Virus record (IMG/VR): IMGVR_UViG_2859564202_000001
Reading direction: 5' to 3' (one strand)
Length of the DNA: 64,000 bases
Source: a virus
Taxonomy: Duplodnaviria; Caudoviricetes
Each line of letters opens with the position of its first letter. Positions within the stretch are counted from its first letter, which is position 1. Shown piece by piece: positions 30,806 to 41,140 of this stretch. The translations under genes and the position numbers were made by a program. A model generated the notes under the pieces. That model did no database searches, had not been told where the DNA came from, and was given only the letters and a program-made list of their open reading frames with translations.

Positions 30806-31093
30806 ATGCCTAATCACCCACCTATTTCCACCTTCGATGACCGTCGCTCTGCTATGCGCGAAGGCATTACTGATTACCTTGCCAATACAAATGCAAATGG
30901 GTTAGGCGGTTACAGCATCAGCGACACCCACCTCGACAATCTTGCTGAGAAATTCACCCGCACACATGGTGAAGCACAGTACGATGCCGGCTTTGATCCC
31001 AATGATCTTGAACCAGAGACTTTTGTTCGTGACATTGAGATGAGCTGGGATGAGCGTGCTATTGATCGTGCCCTGATCCACACACAACTGTGA
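30806..31093 (+). CDS. Hypothetical protein
   Basis: 95-aa ORF; paralogous to the next gene. Confidence 0.7.
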   Translation: MPNHPPISTFDDRRSAMREGITDYLANTNANGLGGYSISDTHLDNLAEKFTRTHGEAQYDAGFDPNDLEPETFVRDIEMSWDERAIDRALIHTQL

Positions 31094-31107
31094 AGAAAGA
31101 AGCCGCA

Positions 31108-31504
31108 ATGTCCACCACATCCACCTATGAGAGCCGTAAGGCAGCTATTCGCGACGCTATTCTCGCCTATGTCAACAACAATCAAGGCTGCTGCACCCTA
31201 CAGCCTTCATGCCCATGATCTCGAACAGCTTGCTGTAGATCTCACTTTAGTTACCACCTTTGATAGCAATGCTGCAGTTGATGTCACGCCAACACATACA
31301 GAAGCACCTGGTTTTACCCTGCATGAGGGCACCGATACTGCGCCTATGGCTCCAACCCTGGTCGTACCTATTTCCAGCGACATCTCCACAGCCGTTTCGG
31401 AAATATCTACATTAGTGCAGCAGGCTCGCACCGACGCAGCAAGCGCCATTCATGAAGCAGAAGCTGAATTTTACAACCAACTTGCTGCGGTCCTTGCTCA
31501 GTGA
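31108..31504 (+). pseudogene. Frameshifted paralog of 30806-31093
   Basis: MSTTSTYESRKAAIRDAILAYVN shifts frame near 31176 into IKAAAPYSLHAHDLEQLA. Confidence 0.55.
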
Positions 31505-32007
31505 TTTAATGTGGCCGACACACCCGATCGCGTGCCAGCTAAAAACGCCCTGTTTCACGGGTATTCGCCTGACTTTGAGTCAGCAAAAAGCGTGCATTCT
31601 CACAATAGCAACATCTCAAAAACTAGCCCTGACCTGCACAGTCTAGACTCACTCGCACTTTAACTTAAGCCTCACATACTTTCGTCACAGTGATGTTACG
31701 TAACCACCTCATAGGTCGCTTAAAAATACAGACCCTTGAGGGAGTGCCCTCAATTCTGCCAAAAAAGCACCACCGCTATCACCAGCCATCACCACTTCCT
31801 GTGCACGGGTTGAGGCGATCGTGTTCCTGTCTGGGCACTGGGCGGTTTATGCATGTTTGTTGCACGGTTACTGTACGGGCTCATCCACCACACCTACCCT
31901 TGCAGCAGTACATTCGTACTGCTACATTTTTTTAACGTGCCAACAAGTGCTAACTCACCGCCGTCCAACCACTACCCCACTGTCACCCGAGCGTCCAATA
32001 CTCCAAG

Positions 32008-32126
32008 TGTCGGATTAGGGTAGACCCTGACACGACACTGCCCACAGCACTGTTTAGACTGTCGGACTAAGCGGTCCCCTGGCATTTCCCAACAGTGTCG
32101 GGTTAAGTCTAAGACTTATTCCGACA
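32008..32126. promoter_or_regulatory. Tripartite res site
   Basis: Three TGTCGG...(C)CGACA-type inverted subsites at 32008-32037, 32060-32094 and 32096-32126, upstream of the resolvase. Confidence 0.75.
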
Positions 32127-32429
32127 GTTTATTCGATAATTATGCACCTACTCCGCAATAATACACTCGGTATACTTTTACACTCAGTGTATATTGTTAG
32201 GTCTTTGCTTAGAGTGGGAATTGGCACAACACGCCTTAACAATACGCCCGTATCGTTTCGCAAAAGAACGTACTTTAGTTTTGTTAATAAAACCCGCGTA
32301 TGCATATGTTGACATTGACAACTATTGTTTTAAACAAGTACATAGTTTTGTGTTTTCTACTTCCCTACTGCTGTAATAATGGAAAGTAGTTTTCATCACA
32401 CAACACAAAACTATTAAAGGTAGTCTTAA

Positions 32430-33044
32430 ATGTTTGGTAGTAGTTTTAAGGAACAAACAACTAACCCGAGAAGTCAACGAGTTTCTTATTTGCGTGTCTC
32501 TAGCACCGATCAGAATCTGGCTCGACAACGTGAAGCTGTTAACCATTCCGGTCATATTGATCGTGAGTTCACAGATGAGCTTTCCGGTGGCGCCAAATCA
32601 CACAGACCTGGCTTGGAAGACTGCATTAATTATCTTCGCGAGGATGATGTTCTTGTCGTCGCATCCATTGACCGACTTGCACGCTCGCTGGTTGATTTAC
32701 GCGTCATCATTGACCGCATCACAGACAAAGGCGCATCGGTCATTTTTCTCAAAGAGAATTTGACTTTCGCTGCAGGCCGCGATGATCCTCGAGCAAACCT
32801 CATGCTCGGTATTTTGGGCAGTTTCGCAGAATTTGAACGCTCAATTATTCGCGAGCGCCAAGCAGAAGGTATTGCCCTGGCAAAAAAGGCCGGCAAGTAT
32901 GCAGGTCGCCCAAAAGCCCTCGACAAGGAACAAATACAAGAAGCAAAAGATATGATCGCTCAAGGTGAAACAAAATCTGCTGTCGCCAAGCATTTTGGTA
33001 TTAATCGCTCGACCTTGTACGAATATCTCAAAAATCCTGACTAG
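32430..33044 (+). CDS. Serine resolvase/invertase
   Basis: YLRVSSTDQNLARQ, DRLARS, C-terminal HTH. Confidence 0.95.
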   Translation: MFGSSFKEQTTNPRSQRVSYLRVSSTDQNLARQREAVNHSGHIDREFTDELSGGAKSHRPGLEDCINYLREDDVLVVASIDRLARSLVDLRVIIDRITDKGASVIFLKENLTFAAGRDDPRANLMLGILGSFAEFERSIIRERQAEGIALAKKAGKYAGRPKALDKEQIQEAKDMIAQGETKSAVAKHFGINRSTLYEYLKNPD

Positions 33045-33221
33045 ATTGAGAATCAACTATGCGACAAGTCAACTTGCATACCAGTATCCGAGCACATCCA
33101 CCCCCGAAAAAATTAGGTAAAGCTTGCCTATTTAAGAAGAACTGCTATAAGATCATCCATACATGCAGAGCACAGCTTTCACACATAGACATCACTGCAC
33201 ATTTATCTAATGGGAGACTCA

Positions 33222-34217
33222 ATGACAGTTGCACACAAACGAAGTCTGACATGGATCAAGAGACTATCTGCGACTACATTTGCAGCTTTTCTTGGCATTC
33301 AGCTTGTGACCCCCGCTCACTCAATTGAAAACACGACGCAGATTCCAGAAAGCGAATTGCACAACCTCGGGCTCACAGACGAAGAAATTCAAGAATTCAA
33401 TCAATATCTCATTGACGAGTCACTCTTTCAAGAGACTGTAGAAACCTCTCCGATCGTAGTCAGCGACAATGAAGATGCAGCCCAAGATCCCGGTTTCGGC
33501 CTTTTCACCACAAATCCTGTGAAACACACAGATGAGCACATTGGCGCTCTATACTTCTCCGACCTACCAGGTATTTCCAATCTTACGTGCACTGCCAACT
33601 ACATCGGTGGAAAATTCTGGACCACAGCACATCATTGTGTTGAAGGCCGCAGTCGCTTCGTCGGCTTCATCGAGCAGTCGGACGGACAATATGCAGGCAT
33701 TGAGCATGTTTACACAAAGTCAAGTGACTACGATATTGCCCTCATTAAAGTGGGATCTGGAATTGACGCAGAACAGTTCAGCCTCACTCGATCACGCCCT
33801 GCGGTTGGAAAAATGCTGGAAGTCGTTGGGTTTGCAGTTGTGAACCCATTCTCCTCTAGAGCAACAATGGAAGTCACCAACTCAAACACAGTCGCGAACT
33901 ATCCTATGAGCAACCTGTACTACAAAGACGTATTCTCGGCTAAACCCGCAGGATCATTCCCTTATGTCATTTCCGGAGGTGATTCCGGCGCAGCTGTTTG
34001 GTCGGGTGAAACCATGTACGGCATTGCTAGTGGCTCTAACGGCAGCACTAAAAACCTAGCAGCAAATGTTGGACCGCACGTCTCTTGGATCGAACAAACG
34101 ATGCAAAACAATAGCAATTCCTCTCCCTATGAAATTTTGCAAGCGTTCCGAGGCGGCCTTGCAACGTCTTACCCCAAATATAATCAAATTAGAGACCTAG
34201 TCGACTCAAGTAGTTAA
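33222..34217 (+). CDS. Secreted trypsin-like serine protease
   Basis: TAHHC, DIALIK and GDSG catalytic triad motifs; signal peptide. Confidence 0.88.
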   Translation: MTVAHKRSLTWIKRLSATTFAAFLGIQLVTPAHSIENTTQIPESELHNLGLTDEEIQEFNQYLIDESLFQETVETSPIVVSDNEDAAQDPGFGLFTTNPVKHTDEHIGALYFSDLPGISNLTCTANYIGGKFWTTAHHCVEGRSRFVGFIEQSDGQYAGIEHVYTKSSDYDIALIKVGSGIDAEQFSLTRSRPAVGKMLEVVGFAVVNPFSSRATMEVTNSNTVANYPMSNLYYKDVFSAKPAGSFPYVISGGDSGAAVWSGETMYGIASGSNGSTKNLAANVGPHVSWIEQTMQNNSNSSPYEILQAFRGGLATSYPKYNQIRDLVDSSS

Positions 34218-34232
34218 GAGGAAACAACAATA

Positions 34233-34610
34233 ATGTTACGAAAAGTATCCATTGCATTGGTCGCATCCGCCGCTATCTTGGTATCTGTACCTTTCGCACA
34301 GGCATCGACCTCAGTGGCACTGTCGTCAGAAAGCTCAGATTCTCTGGGAAGTATTCCAAACGATTTAATTGGGGGTCTAGCCGGTTACTTTAATAAAGAT
34401 CTTACGGAGGAACAGCGCGATGCTATTCGCTTCGGCCCCACCACAGCACAAGAAGCAGAACAGTGCTTAGCAAAATACGGACTTGGCGGTGAAGGCCCGT
34501 GGCCTACTATCGCGGTGTACCCTAACTGCTCTTTCGAGACAATTGAACAAGATTTCTATGATCAAGCGGTAGCCGAGACTCTCGCAGCAATAGGCATCGG
34601 GAGCTCTTAA
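34233..34610 (+). CDS. Small secreted protein
   Basis: Signal peptide AQA; Cys pair. Confidence 0.75.
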   Translation: MLRKVSIALVASAAILVSVPFAQASTSVALSSESSDSLGSIPNDLIGGLAGYFNKDLTEEQRDAIRFGPTTAQEAEQCLAKYGLGGEGPWPTIAVYPNCSFETIEQDFYDQAVAETLAAIGIGSS

Positions 34611-34636
34611 ACAATCAAAGGTACAACCCAAAAAAC

Positions 34637-34680
34637 AAATAGGAACCCTGTACAGAGATCTCTGTACAGGGTTCCTATTT
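34637..34680. terminator. 44-bp perfect palindrome
   Basis: AAATAGGAACCCTGTACAGAGA|TCTCTGTACAGGGTTCCTATTT. Confidence 0.75.
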
Positions 34681-34791
34681 ATTACTTACACAACACGTAG
34701 TGCCCGAAAAACACAAGACAACAGTGGATGCAGTGGTGCCAGTTGTGCGCGAGAGTCATGTTGCACAGTACTGGAAAGAACGACCCTAAAA

Positions 34792-34830
34792 ACAACGACA
34801 GCAAAGCTGCGTTCGGATATATTCTCGAAC
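34792..34830 (+). promoter_or_regulatory. Hairpin motif copy 8
   Basis: ACAACGACAGC-AAA-GCTGCGTTCGG...CGAAC. Confidence 0.7.
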
Positions 34831-34883
34831 TGCTGTAGTGCATACGCTACAGCCCGCTACCACCGTAAAAGCGAGAACATATC

Positions 34884-35363
34884 ATGACTGTTGATCTCTA
34901 CCAGGCACGCATTCCTTTTCAGCGCGATGGCGTGCGCTTTGATCATACGATGATCACCCACATTCAAGCCGGCCTGCATCTTGGTGGCTGCCGCGCAGCA
35001 GGTTTACTGCCTATACCAGCACATATTGATCATATTGTGCGCCTGACAGCCGCAGATTTCTATGACACCCAGTCAGCACCGCAGCTGCTCAGCAACACTG
35101 TGCTTGATGTATTGGACACCACCACTCAAGACTTGAAGGCATTGTGGCCTGTTGCAGAACATATTGCTACAACCATTCCTGAATCTGAGAACGTGCTTAT
35201 CCACTGCCAGATGGGTATCAACCGCTCAGCTGCACTCATGACACGGGTGTTGATGTTGCGCAACGATTGCACCGCCGATGAAGCAATTGCACTGCTGCGT
35301 GATCGACGCTCACCGTTTGTACTGTTCAATGAGCATTTTGTGGAACAACTTCGAGCACTGTAA
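34884..35363 (+). CDS. Dual-specificity/tyrosine phosphatase family protein
   Basis: HCQMGINRS is a CX5R motif. Confidence 0.9.
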   Translation: MTVDLYQARIPFQRDGVRFDHTMITHIQAGLHLGGCRAAGLLPIPAHIDHIVRLTAADFYDTQSAPQLLSNTVLDVLDTTTQDLKALWPVAEHIATTIPESENVLIHCQMGINRSAALMTRVLMLRNDCTADEAIALLRDRRSPFVLFNEHFVEQLRAL

Positions 35364-35468
35364 GCGCTCAAAGACCCATTACCCCGTGAAGAGAACATTC
35401 TCTTCACGGGGTTCTTTTTTCTTGCACGGGTGATGGTTGATGTGGGTGTCTGCGCAAGAAGAGAAAAA

Positions 35469-35493
35469 ACAACGACAGCGAAGCTGCGTTCGG
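35469..35493 (+). promoter_or_regulatory. Hairpin motif copy 9
   Basis: ACAACGACAGC-GAA-GCTGCGTTCGG. Confidence 0.7.
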
Positions 35494-35549
35494 GCGAATC
35501 GGCGATAATCACACACCACTCTTCCTGAGAGAATCCTGAGGTCATCACC

Positions 35550-36278
35550 ATGTCACCGAACTTCCAAGCTCGCGGTACTACTGCGCCCACTGTTGCTTTG
35601 TCCATGCGCCAGATCGCGCACATCCGTGAAGAAATTAAGAAATCACCACTCGCTGCTTCCGTTTTCATCACACCCACCACCAAACAAATGGTTGTCCGAG
35701 ATCTAGAATCACTGTTCCAGCAGCTCTACCACACAGATCTACCTGAACCATCCATCAAAGACAGTGGTCTTATCAGTGCTATCGGCTCTAGCGCCGGCAA
35801 TACCAATAATCCAGCACTCGCCCTAGAAACTCAGATGGCTTACCACCTGGTGCTTGCTATGCACCACACCGATGTTGCTACCTGGCACAAGGTGGTGACC
35901 AAAAACATCACCGAATCTGCTGCTGCACAAGATGCTGCGGTCGAGCACAGTGCTAAATACGATGCTGTGTACGATGCCGCACAACTTATGGGCATCACTG
36001 TTGAGGAAGGTAATGTCGGTAGCATCGCTATTGCCTTTAGCACAGCACGTGCAGACGGTAAATCTGATTGGTGTGTTTCCGGCATCAGCCGCTACATCGA
36101 GGTCACCGAAGCCTTGGATGCTGCGCGAGCTGTCACTAAAAATACTGCTGCGCTCAATAAAACTGCTCTACCAGACGTGCAGCCGGCGCCGGTTGTGCAT
36201 TCAGCACAGTTCATGAACAAGTCCGCACACGATCATGGGGTTAATACTGCGGAAAAAGATCAACCAACCCTGTTTTAA
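35550..36278 (+). CDS. Hypothetical protein
   Basis: GAGG RBS; 242 aa. Confidence 0.75.
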   Translation: MSPNFQARGTTAPTVALSMRQIAHIREEIKKSPLAASVFITPTTKQMVVRDLESLFQQLYHTDLPEPSIKDSGLISAIGSSAGNTNNPALALETQMAYHLVLAMHHTDVATWHKVVTKNITESAAAQDAAVEHSAKYDAVYDAAQLMGITVEEGNVGSIAIAFSTARADGKSDWCVSGISRYIEVTEALDAARAVTKNTAALNKTALPDVQPAPVVHSAQFMNKSAHDHGVNTAEKDQPTLF

Positions 36279-36448
36279 AAGACTGTCCATTTAACAACCA
36301 CATCGTTACCCCCGAACAGTCTTTTAAAGGCTATTCAGGGGTAATTTTTTCGCCACACTCCCAATATCTACCAAAAATGGTGATCTATTATACATAATGG
36401 AATTACCAAAGCTTCATATCACTTTTCCACAGCCTGAAAGAACATACT

Positions 36449-37189
36449 ATGTCCGCAGCTTTACCTCACACAGCAGCAGATCCCGTACACACCACCCCAG
36501 CGAAACCGCTGCTCGATCATGTCTTAGATTCACTAGGACGCAGCATCATCAGTGGTGAAATGGAAGCCGGTAGCACATTCAAACTGCAAGACATCGGTGA
36601 AAAATTCGGTATCTCCCGCACCGTCGCCAGAGAAGCCATGCGTGCCTTAGAGCAACTTGGGTTGGTGGCCTCATCGAGACGAATTGGTATTACAGTGCTC
36701 TCGCACGAGCACTGGGCTGTCTTTGACAAAGCCATTATTCGCTGGCGCCTCGAAGATGAGCGTCAACGTGAACAGCAACTGCAGTCACTCACCGAACTTC
36801 GTATTGCCATTGAACCAATTGCTGCACGCAGTGTTGCCCTTCATGCATCGAGCGCAGAGATTGCTATCATCGGTGATCTTGCTGCACGAATGCGTAACCT
36901 CGGTGAAGCTGGTCGTGGCGCATCACAAGAATTCCTAGACGCAGATGTGAAATTTCATGAGCTTATTTTGCAGTATTGCCATAATGAGATGTTCGCTGCC
37001 ATGGCACCACCCATAAAAGCTGTACTAGTCGGGCGCACCACACTTGGCCTTCAACCCGATCGACCTGCCGAAGAAGTCTTGGACAATCATGATGCTCTCG
37101 CACACGCACTAAGTGTTCGTAATGCAGACCTCGCCGAAAAAGCATCCAGGAGCATTCTGAATGAGGTGCGCGACGCACTGACCTCGTAA
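36449..37189 (+). CDS. gntR2: GntR/FadR family regulator (GntR2)
   Basis: wHTH ISRTVAREAMRALEQLGLV plus FCD domain; position matches the CGP3-borne gntR2. Confidence 0.8.
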   Translation: MSAALPHTAADPVHTTPAKPLLDHVLDSLGRSIISGEMEAGSTFKLQDIGEKFGISRTVAREAMRALEQLGLVASSRRIGITVLSHEHWAVFDKAIIRWRLEDERQREQQLQSLTELRIAIEPIAARSVALHASSAEIAIIGDLAARMRNLGEAGRGASQEFLDADVKFHELILQYCHNEMFAAMAPPIKAVLVGRTTLGLQPDRPAEEVLDNHDALAHALSVRNADLAEKASRSILNEVRDALTS

Positions 37190-37229
37190 TTGCCACTAAA
37201 CGAGTCACTACACAATTACATCGCTCATT

Positions 37230-37356
37230 GTTACTTAATTACCCTTTAATAGTCTTTTACAAGGCTGTTAAAGGGTAATTTTTTATTAGTTTGCTTAAAG
37301 CCTATTACATGACAATTACAGCACAATTGAAAAGTCACTTAAGCGCACGCTAAAAG
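37230..37356 (+). repeat. Direct repeat copy A (terminator plus 11-bp units)
   Basis: 58-bp core at 37230-37287 is identical to 38879-38936. Confidence 0.9.
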
Positions 37357-37555
37357 CGAATTGTAGAGGGTTATTTTTTTCGCAATTAAAAGCCTTTTGC
37401 GACACAAATAGGACAACAAAACAAAGATGCATTAACTCTAAAAGAACAAAATTAATCAATCAGAAAAACATATTGAATACTTATAAATTTCTGACATACT
37501 CATTAATGAGATATTCGAAGTCTTTATCAAAATGATTAACAAAAGGAGTATGTTT

Positions 37556-38323
37556 ATGTCGCTAAAAACTCGCCGAATATTCGGCGCACTTGCTGTTTCG
37601 CTATCAATCTCTTTCTCAGCCATTGCTACACCTGCAGCATCCGCACAAGAACTAGTGGTGAGCACATCAGCAGTAAACGAATTTGGTGTAGTTACCAGTG
37701 ACATCACGGCTGAGCAAATTCTTCAGGCGCAAGATCTAATCGCTGAGATGAAACAGTCAGAGGACATATATGAGTATTTCGGTGCCTTGTCTGACGTTGA
37801 ACAGAGATCCATCATTGCAGCTGTAAAGGAAAATCCATATCTCATTGAGAACGAATCACCCCGTATGAGAGTCCAAAGTGAAACACCCGACGAGGAAACA
37901 CCTGATAAGAAAAAGCCGAGCAAAACCTACAAGCTCTATATGAGCATTCTCGAAATGATGTCATGTATCAATCTTGTTGATGTTCCGTCATGTGCCCAAG
38001 CCCTTAAAGCGGCAAATATAGCTGAACGCGAGGCCAAGGCCCGTTACCCCGATTCGGTCACTAATGGTAAAGGCGATGCCCTTCGTCATTGTGCATGGAG
38101 CGCTCTCATGACTATTCGAATCGGAAAAGATGCAGCCGAAAGAATTGGTAACGCTCATGAAACCGTTGTGAGAGGTGAACCCGAAGAAAGAGAAATGGAT
38201 CTCATCAATAACGCGCTGGGTAGAGACATCGGCGAAAGATTCATCATCAATGGCGATGAAACGGGTGCGCTCAGTACTTGTGTATCCATGGCTAATATCG
38301 GGCTACTTCATACTCTGTTGTAA
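37556..38323 (+). CDS. Secreted protein with DUF6973-like C-terminal domain (candidate effector)
   Basis: Signal peptide; DALRHCAWSALM...AHE...MDLINNALGR. Confidence 0.75.
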   Translation: MSLKTRRIFGALAVSLSISFSAIATPAASAQELVVSTSAVNEFGVVTSDITAEQILQAQDLIAEMKQSEDIYEYFGALSDVEQRSIIAAVKENPYLIENESPRMRVQSETPDEETPDKKKPSKTYKLYMSILEMMSCINLVDVPSCAQALKAANIAEREAKARYPDSVTNGKGDALRHCAWSALMTIRIGKDAAERIGNAHETVVRGEPEEREMDLINNALGRDIGERFIINGDETGALSTCVSMANIGLLHTLL

Positions 38324-38341
38324 ACAAAGGAAGTTTCTATC

Positions 38342-38800
38342 ATGAAAATCAAGAAATTCAGCATCACAGCGCTAGCCTCAGTTCTAATGCTCACGGGTTG
38401 CGCGACCAATCACAGCTCACCTCTGTACAGTTATCTGAATGCGTCAACATCAACCACTGTTGAACAAGTACGTCTCAGCGATCTTTACGGTGAGCAGTGG
38501 ACCGAGTTCGCTCTTGTCTGCCCCTACACCACAAAAGACGAGGTAAAAGAAGAGCTTGGTATAAAAATAAACACCTACCTCACCGATTCGACCGATGACA
38601 GTAGTAACGATATTGTGCTCAGGGATAAAGACGGTTCATATGATTGGATCTATTTCAACAGATTCGACATTGTGTACCTCTGCAACGGCTCAGCGGAAAA
38701 TCTAAAAATCTACCCCATTGATTCAGTTCTAGAATTTGAGCATAGAGACGACTACGGTACCTGGAAACTGAGCGCTATCACAGAGCCGGGTAATCAATAA
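38342..38800 (+). CDS. Lipoprotein (candidate immunity partner)
   Basis: Lipobox LTGC; starts 18 nt after the previous gene. Confidence 0.8.
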   Translation: MKIKKFSITALASVLMLTGCATNHSSPLYSYLNASTSTTVEQVRLSDLYGEQWTEFALVCPYTTKDEVKEELGIKINTYLTDSTDDSSNDIVLRDKDGSYDWIYFNRFDIVYLCNGSAENLKIYPIDSVLEFEHRDDYGTWKLSAITEPGNQ

Positions 38801-38878
38801 TAACGCGGACACTTAAGTACCTTTTATCGGTCGATTAAGTGTCTACTGTTTATCCGCTACCAAACCACGCCGCTAATC

Positions 38879-39028
38879 GTTACTTAATTACCCTTTAATA
38901 GTCTTTTACAAGGCTGTTAAAGGGTAATTTTTTATTCGTTTGTTTTTGGGACCATTAAATGTCAATTACATGTCGAGTAAGTGACACTTACAGCGCAATT
39001 GAATAGTCACTTAAACGCACGCTAAAAG
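38879..39028 (+). repeat. Direct repeat copy B
   Basis: Matches 37230-37356 with a 22-bp (2 x 11) insertion. Confidence 0.9.
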
Positions 39029-39029
39029 A

Positions 39030-39054
39030 CAAATGACAGCGAAGCTGCATTCGG
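39030..39054 (+). promoter_or_regulatory. Hairpin motif copy 10
   Basis: AATG-A-CAGC-GAA-GCTG-CATT-CGG, with a compensatory C-G to T-A change. Confidence 0.7.
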
Positions 39055-39119
39055 ATACACACCTGAAGAACACTCTTCACCACTAGCATTCCACCAACGC
39101 CTCGGAAAGGGCTATCTCC

Positions 39120-39308
39120 ATGTCTGTTGACGATCTTTACGCTGTTGCTCTCGATACTCACACCGGTAAGCCTATCCCCTGCGTACTCTGTGAAAATGCT
39201 CCACAGATTGTTATCTACGATGGTTGCTGCTCGCTTGCATATACCCAAGCACTTGGCGATCTCGCCGAAGCGGAATACTACGGCGCCGATCTTGCTGCAG
39301 CTGCCTAA
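39120..39308 (+). CDS. Small Cys-containing hypothetical protein
   Basis: GAAAGGG RBS; terminator follows at about 39329-39380. Confidence 0.65.
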   Translation: MSVDDLYAVALDTHTGKPIPCVLCENAPQIVIYDGCCSLAYTQALGDLAEAEYYGADLAAAA

Positions 39309-39800
39309 ACAAACTTCATAGAACGACAAAAACCCCGCCTCAGAATATTGCACAACGCAATAGCTGAAGCGGGGTTTTTGTTTTCTGACTCAAGGTGCCA
39401 GTTTCCATAGTCAAGATTCCCAATCAACATTTAAGTATATGTGAATTATTAAAGTTATACAACTTAATTAATCAATAACTTCTCACTTCACCAACGCAAC
39501 AACCCCGCTATCAAGAGTTGCATCAAGGCAACAAATGAAGCGGGGTTGTGTTTTCTTGCAGGCTTCGTCTTAAGGAAACTAATTATTAGTATATACCAAC
39601 ACAAAACCATTAATCAACTTAGTTATTATATATCACCCTCCATATAACCCATTCTGGATTGCAGGATTACCACATACACGCCTATCGCGTTTCTCTATTT
39701 TAATTAATATAATTAATGTAGTTTATTAACCTATTATGCAATGACATTTTTTAATAATTAACCACGTCACAACATTCTCTCAGATCACAGAGGTTCGCTC

Positions 39801-40475
39801 ATGCGCCACACCACGTCAGCCACATCAACTACATCTATTATTAAGCGTGCTATGACCATTAGTGCCGCTGTTCTTATTGCCAGCGCTGTTGGTCTCACAA
39901 CCAGCGCAAGTTCGCTCAATACTCTCAGCGCTACATCACCTGAATCACCCGATCAGGCAGCCACTGTGTCACAGGCTGAATCAGATAGTGAATTAGATGA
40001 CGGCATGAAAAAGCTTGCAACCAAGATCCTTAATCGCGCTGACAACGCTGAAAATAATGATGACACCGGCAAAAACCTCAACAATGATGATAAGAAGCTC
40101 AACACGAAGCAGCCGCAGCGCCCTGCTGAAAAAGTTGCCCAGGCGATCGAGCTAAGCCTTGATACCACCACGAATGCAGAAAAGCCTGATAAAAGTTTTC
40201 ACCATGAAAAACCCGTAAACGCCTATGTCACAAGTGTCAGCTACAACAAAAGCAATGACACCTGGACTATCAAACCATCAGACAGCGCGGTGAATACACC
40301 GACCAATGATGCTGAGCGCATCAGCAATATCATCCAAGAAGCTCGCGACCTCGGTCTCAGCGACGATGAATCCTTGACGCAACAGATCGCATTTCACGCT
40401 CATGCTGCTAATTATTTAGTCACCGAATGGGTACTTCGCGGCTATCAGCTTGCTAACCCGAAGGTGCTTCCATGA
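39801..40475 (+). CDS. Secreted hypothetical protein
   Basis: GAGG RBS; signal peptide. Confidence 0.75.
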   Translation: MRHTTSATSTTSIIKRAMTISAAVLIASAVGLTTSASSLNTLSATSPESPDQAATVSQAESDSELDDGMKKLATKILNRADNAENNDDTGKNLNNDDKKLNTKQPQRPAEKVAQAIELSLDTTTNAEKPDKSFHHEKPVNAYVTSVSYNKSNDTWTIKPSDSAVNTPTNDAERISNIIQEARDLGLSDDESLTQQIAFHAHAANYLVTEWVLRGYQLANPKVLP

Positions 40476-40891
40476 GAAAACAACGACGCATGATGATGGC
40501 TGTAGGGTGTGCCGGAATCTTGAGTACCCTCGCTGTCGGCCTCACGGCGTGTAGCAATGACGCTGCGCTATCCGATTTCTTCGAGTCGGCATCGCTTCGA
40601 GATCATCTCGCTGCGCACACACCAGGTGAATCGTCTCGTGATACCGCAACTGTGAGTGTGTCTCTACATGAGTTCTACAGCGTGCAATGGACTGACTTCG
40701 CCATTGTATGCCCAGGAATCTCGCGTGATGACATTACTGCAGCTCTTGATAGTACCGTTGTTGGTGATAATTATGATGATATTCCCGCAACAGGTTTACC
40801 CGACACAGCAAGCGCACTCGTGACCAACACCCATCCAGGAGCGTACCGGCCAGACCCGCCTCTAATGCAGAGCTCACCGCTAGACAAGTAG
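40472..40891 (+). CDS. Lipoprotein paralogous to 38342-38800, possibly truncated
   Basis: LTAC lipobox; LHEFYSVQWTDFAIVCP versus LSDLYGEQWTEFALVCP. Confidence 0.65.
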   Translation: MRKQRRMMMAVGCAGILSTLAVGLTACSNDAALSDFFESASLRDHLAAHTPGESSRDTATVSVSLHEFYSVQWTDFAIVCPGISRDDITAALDSTVVGDNYDDIPATGLPDTASALVTNTHPGAYRPDPPLMQSSPLDK

Positions 40892-41140
40892 TGCACTTTA
40901 AGCTTGCCGCGCCAACCGCCCCGTCATTCGCCCCACCAACTCTGTTCCCAATCGTAAGCAGGGATTGATGAGACAAGACAATGCCAAAACAGAGTAAAAC
41001 GATATCATTCCTATAACAATTATGGGATTTTGTACAGTAAGTCACATTTCGTGAAAATATATGCAACAGTAGAAGTCAGGCGAGATCGTTCCGCAACTTG
41101 CCAACTCCACACACACCCATTTCACTGATTGGAATGTGAC

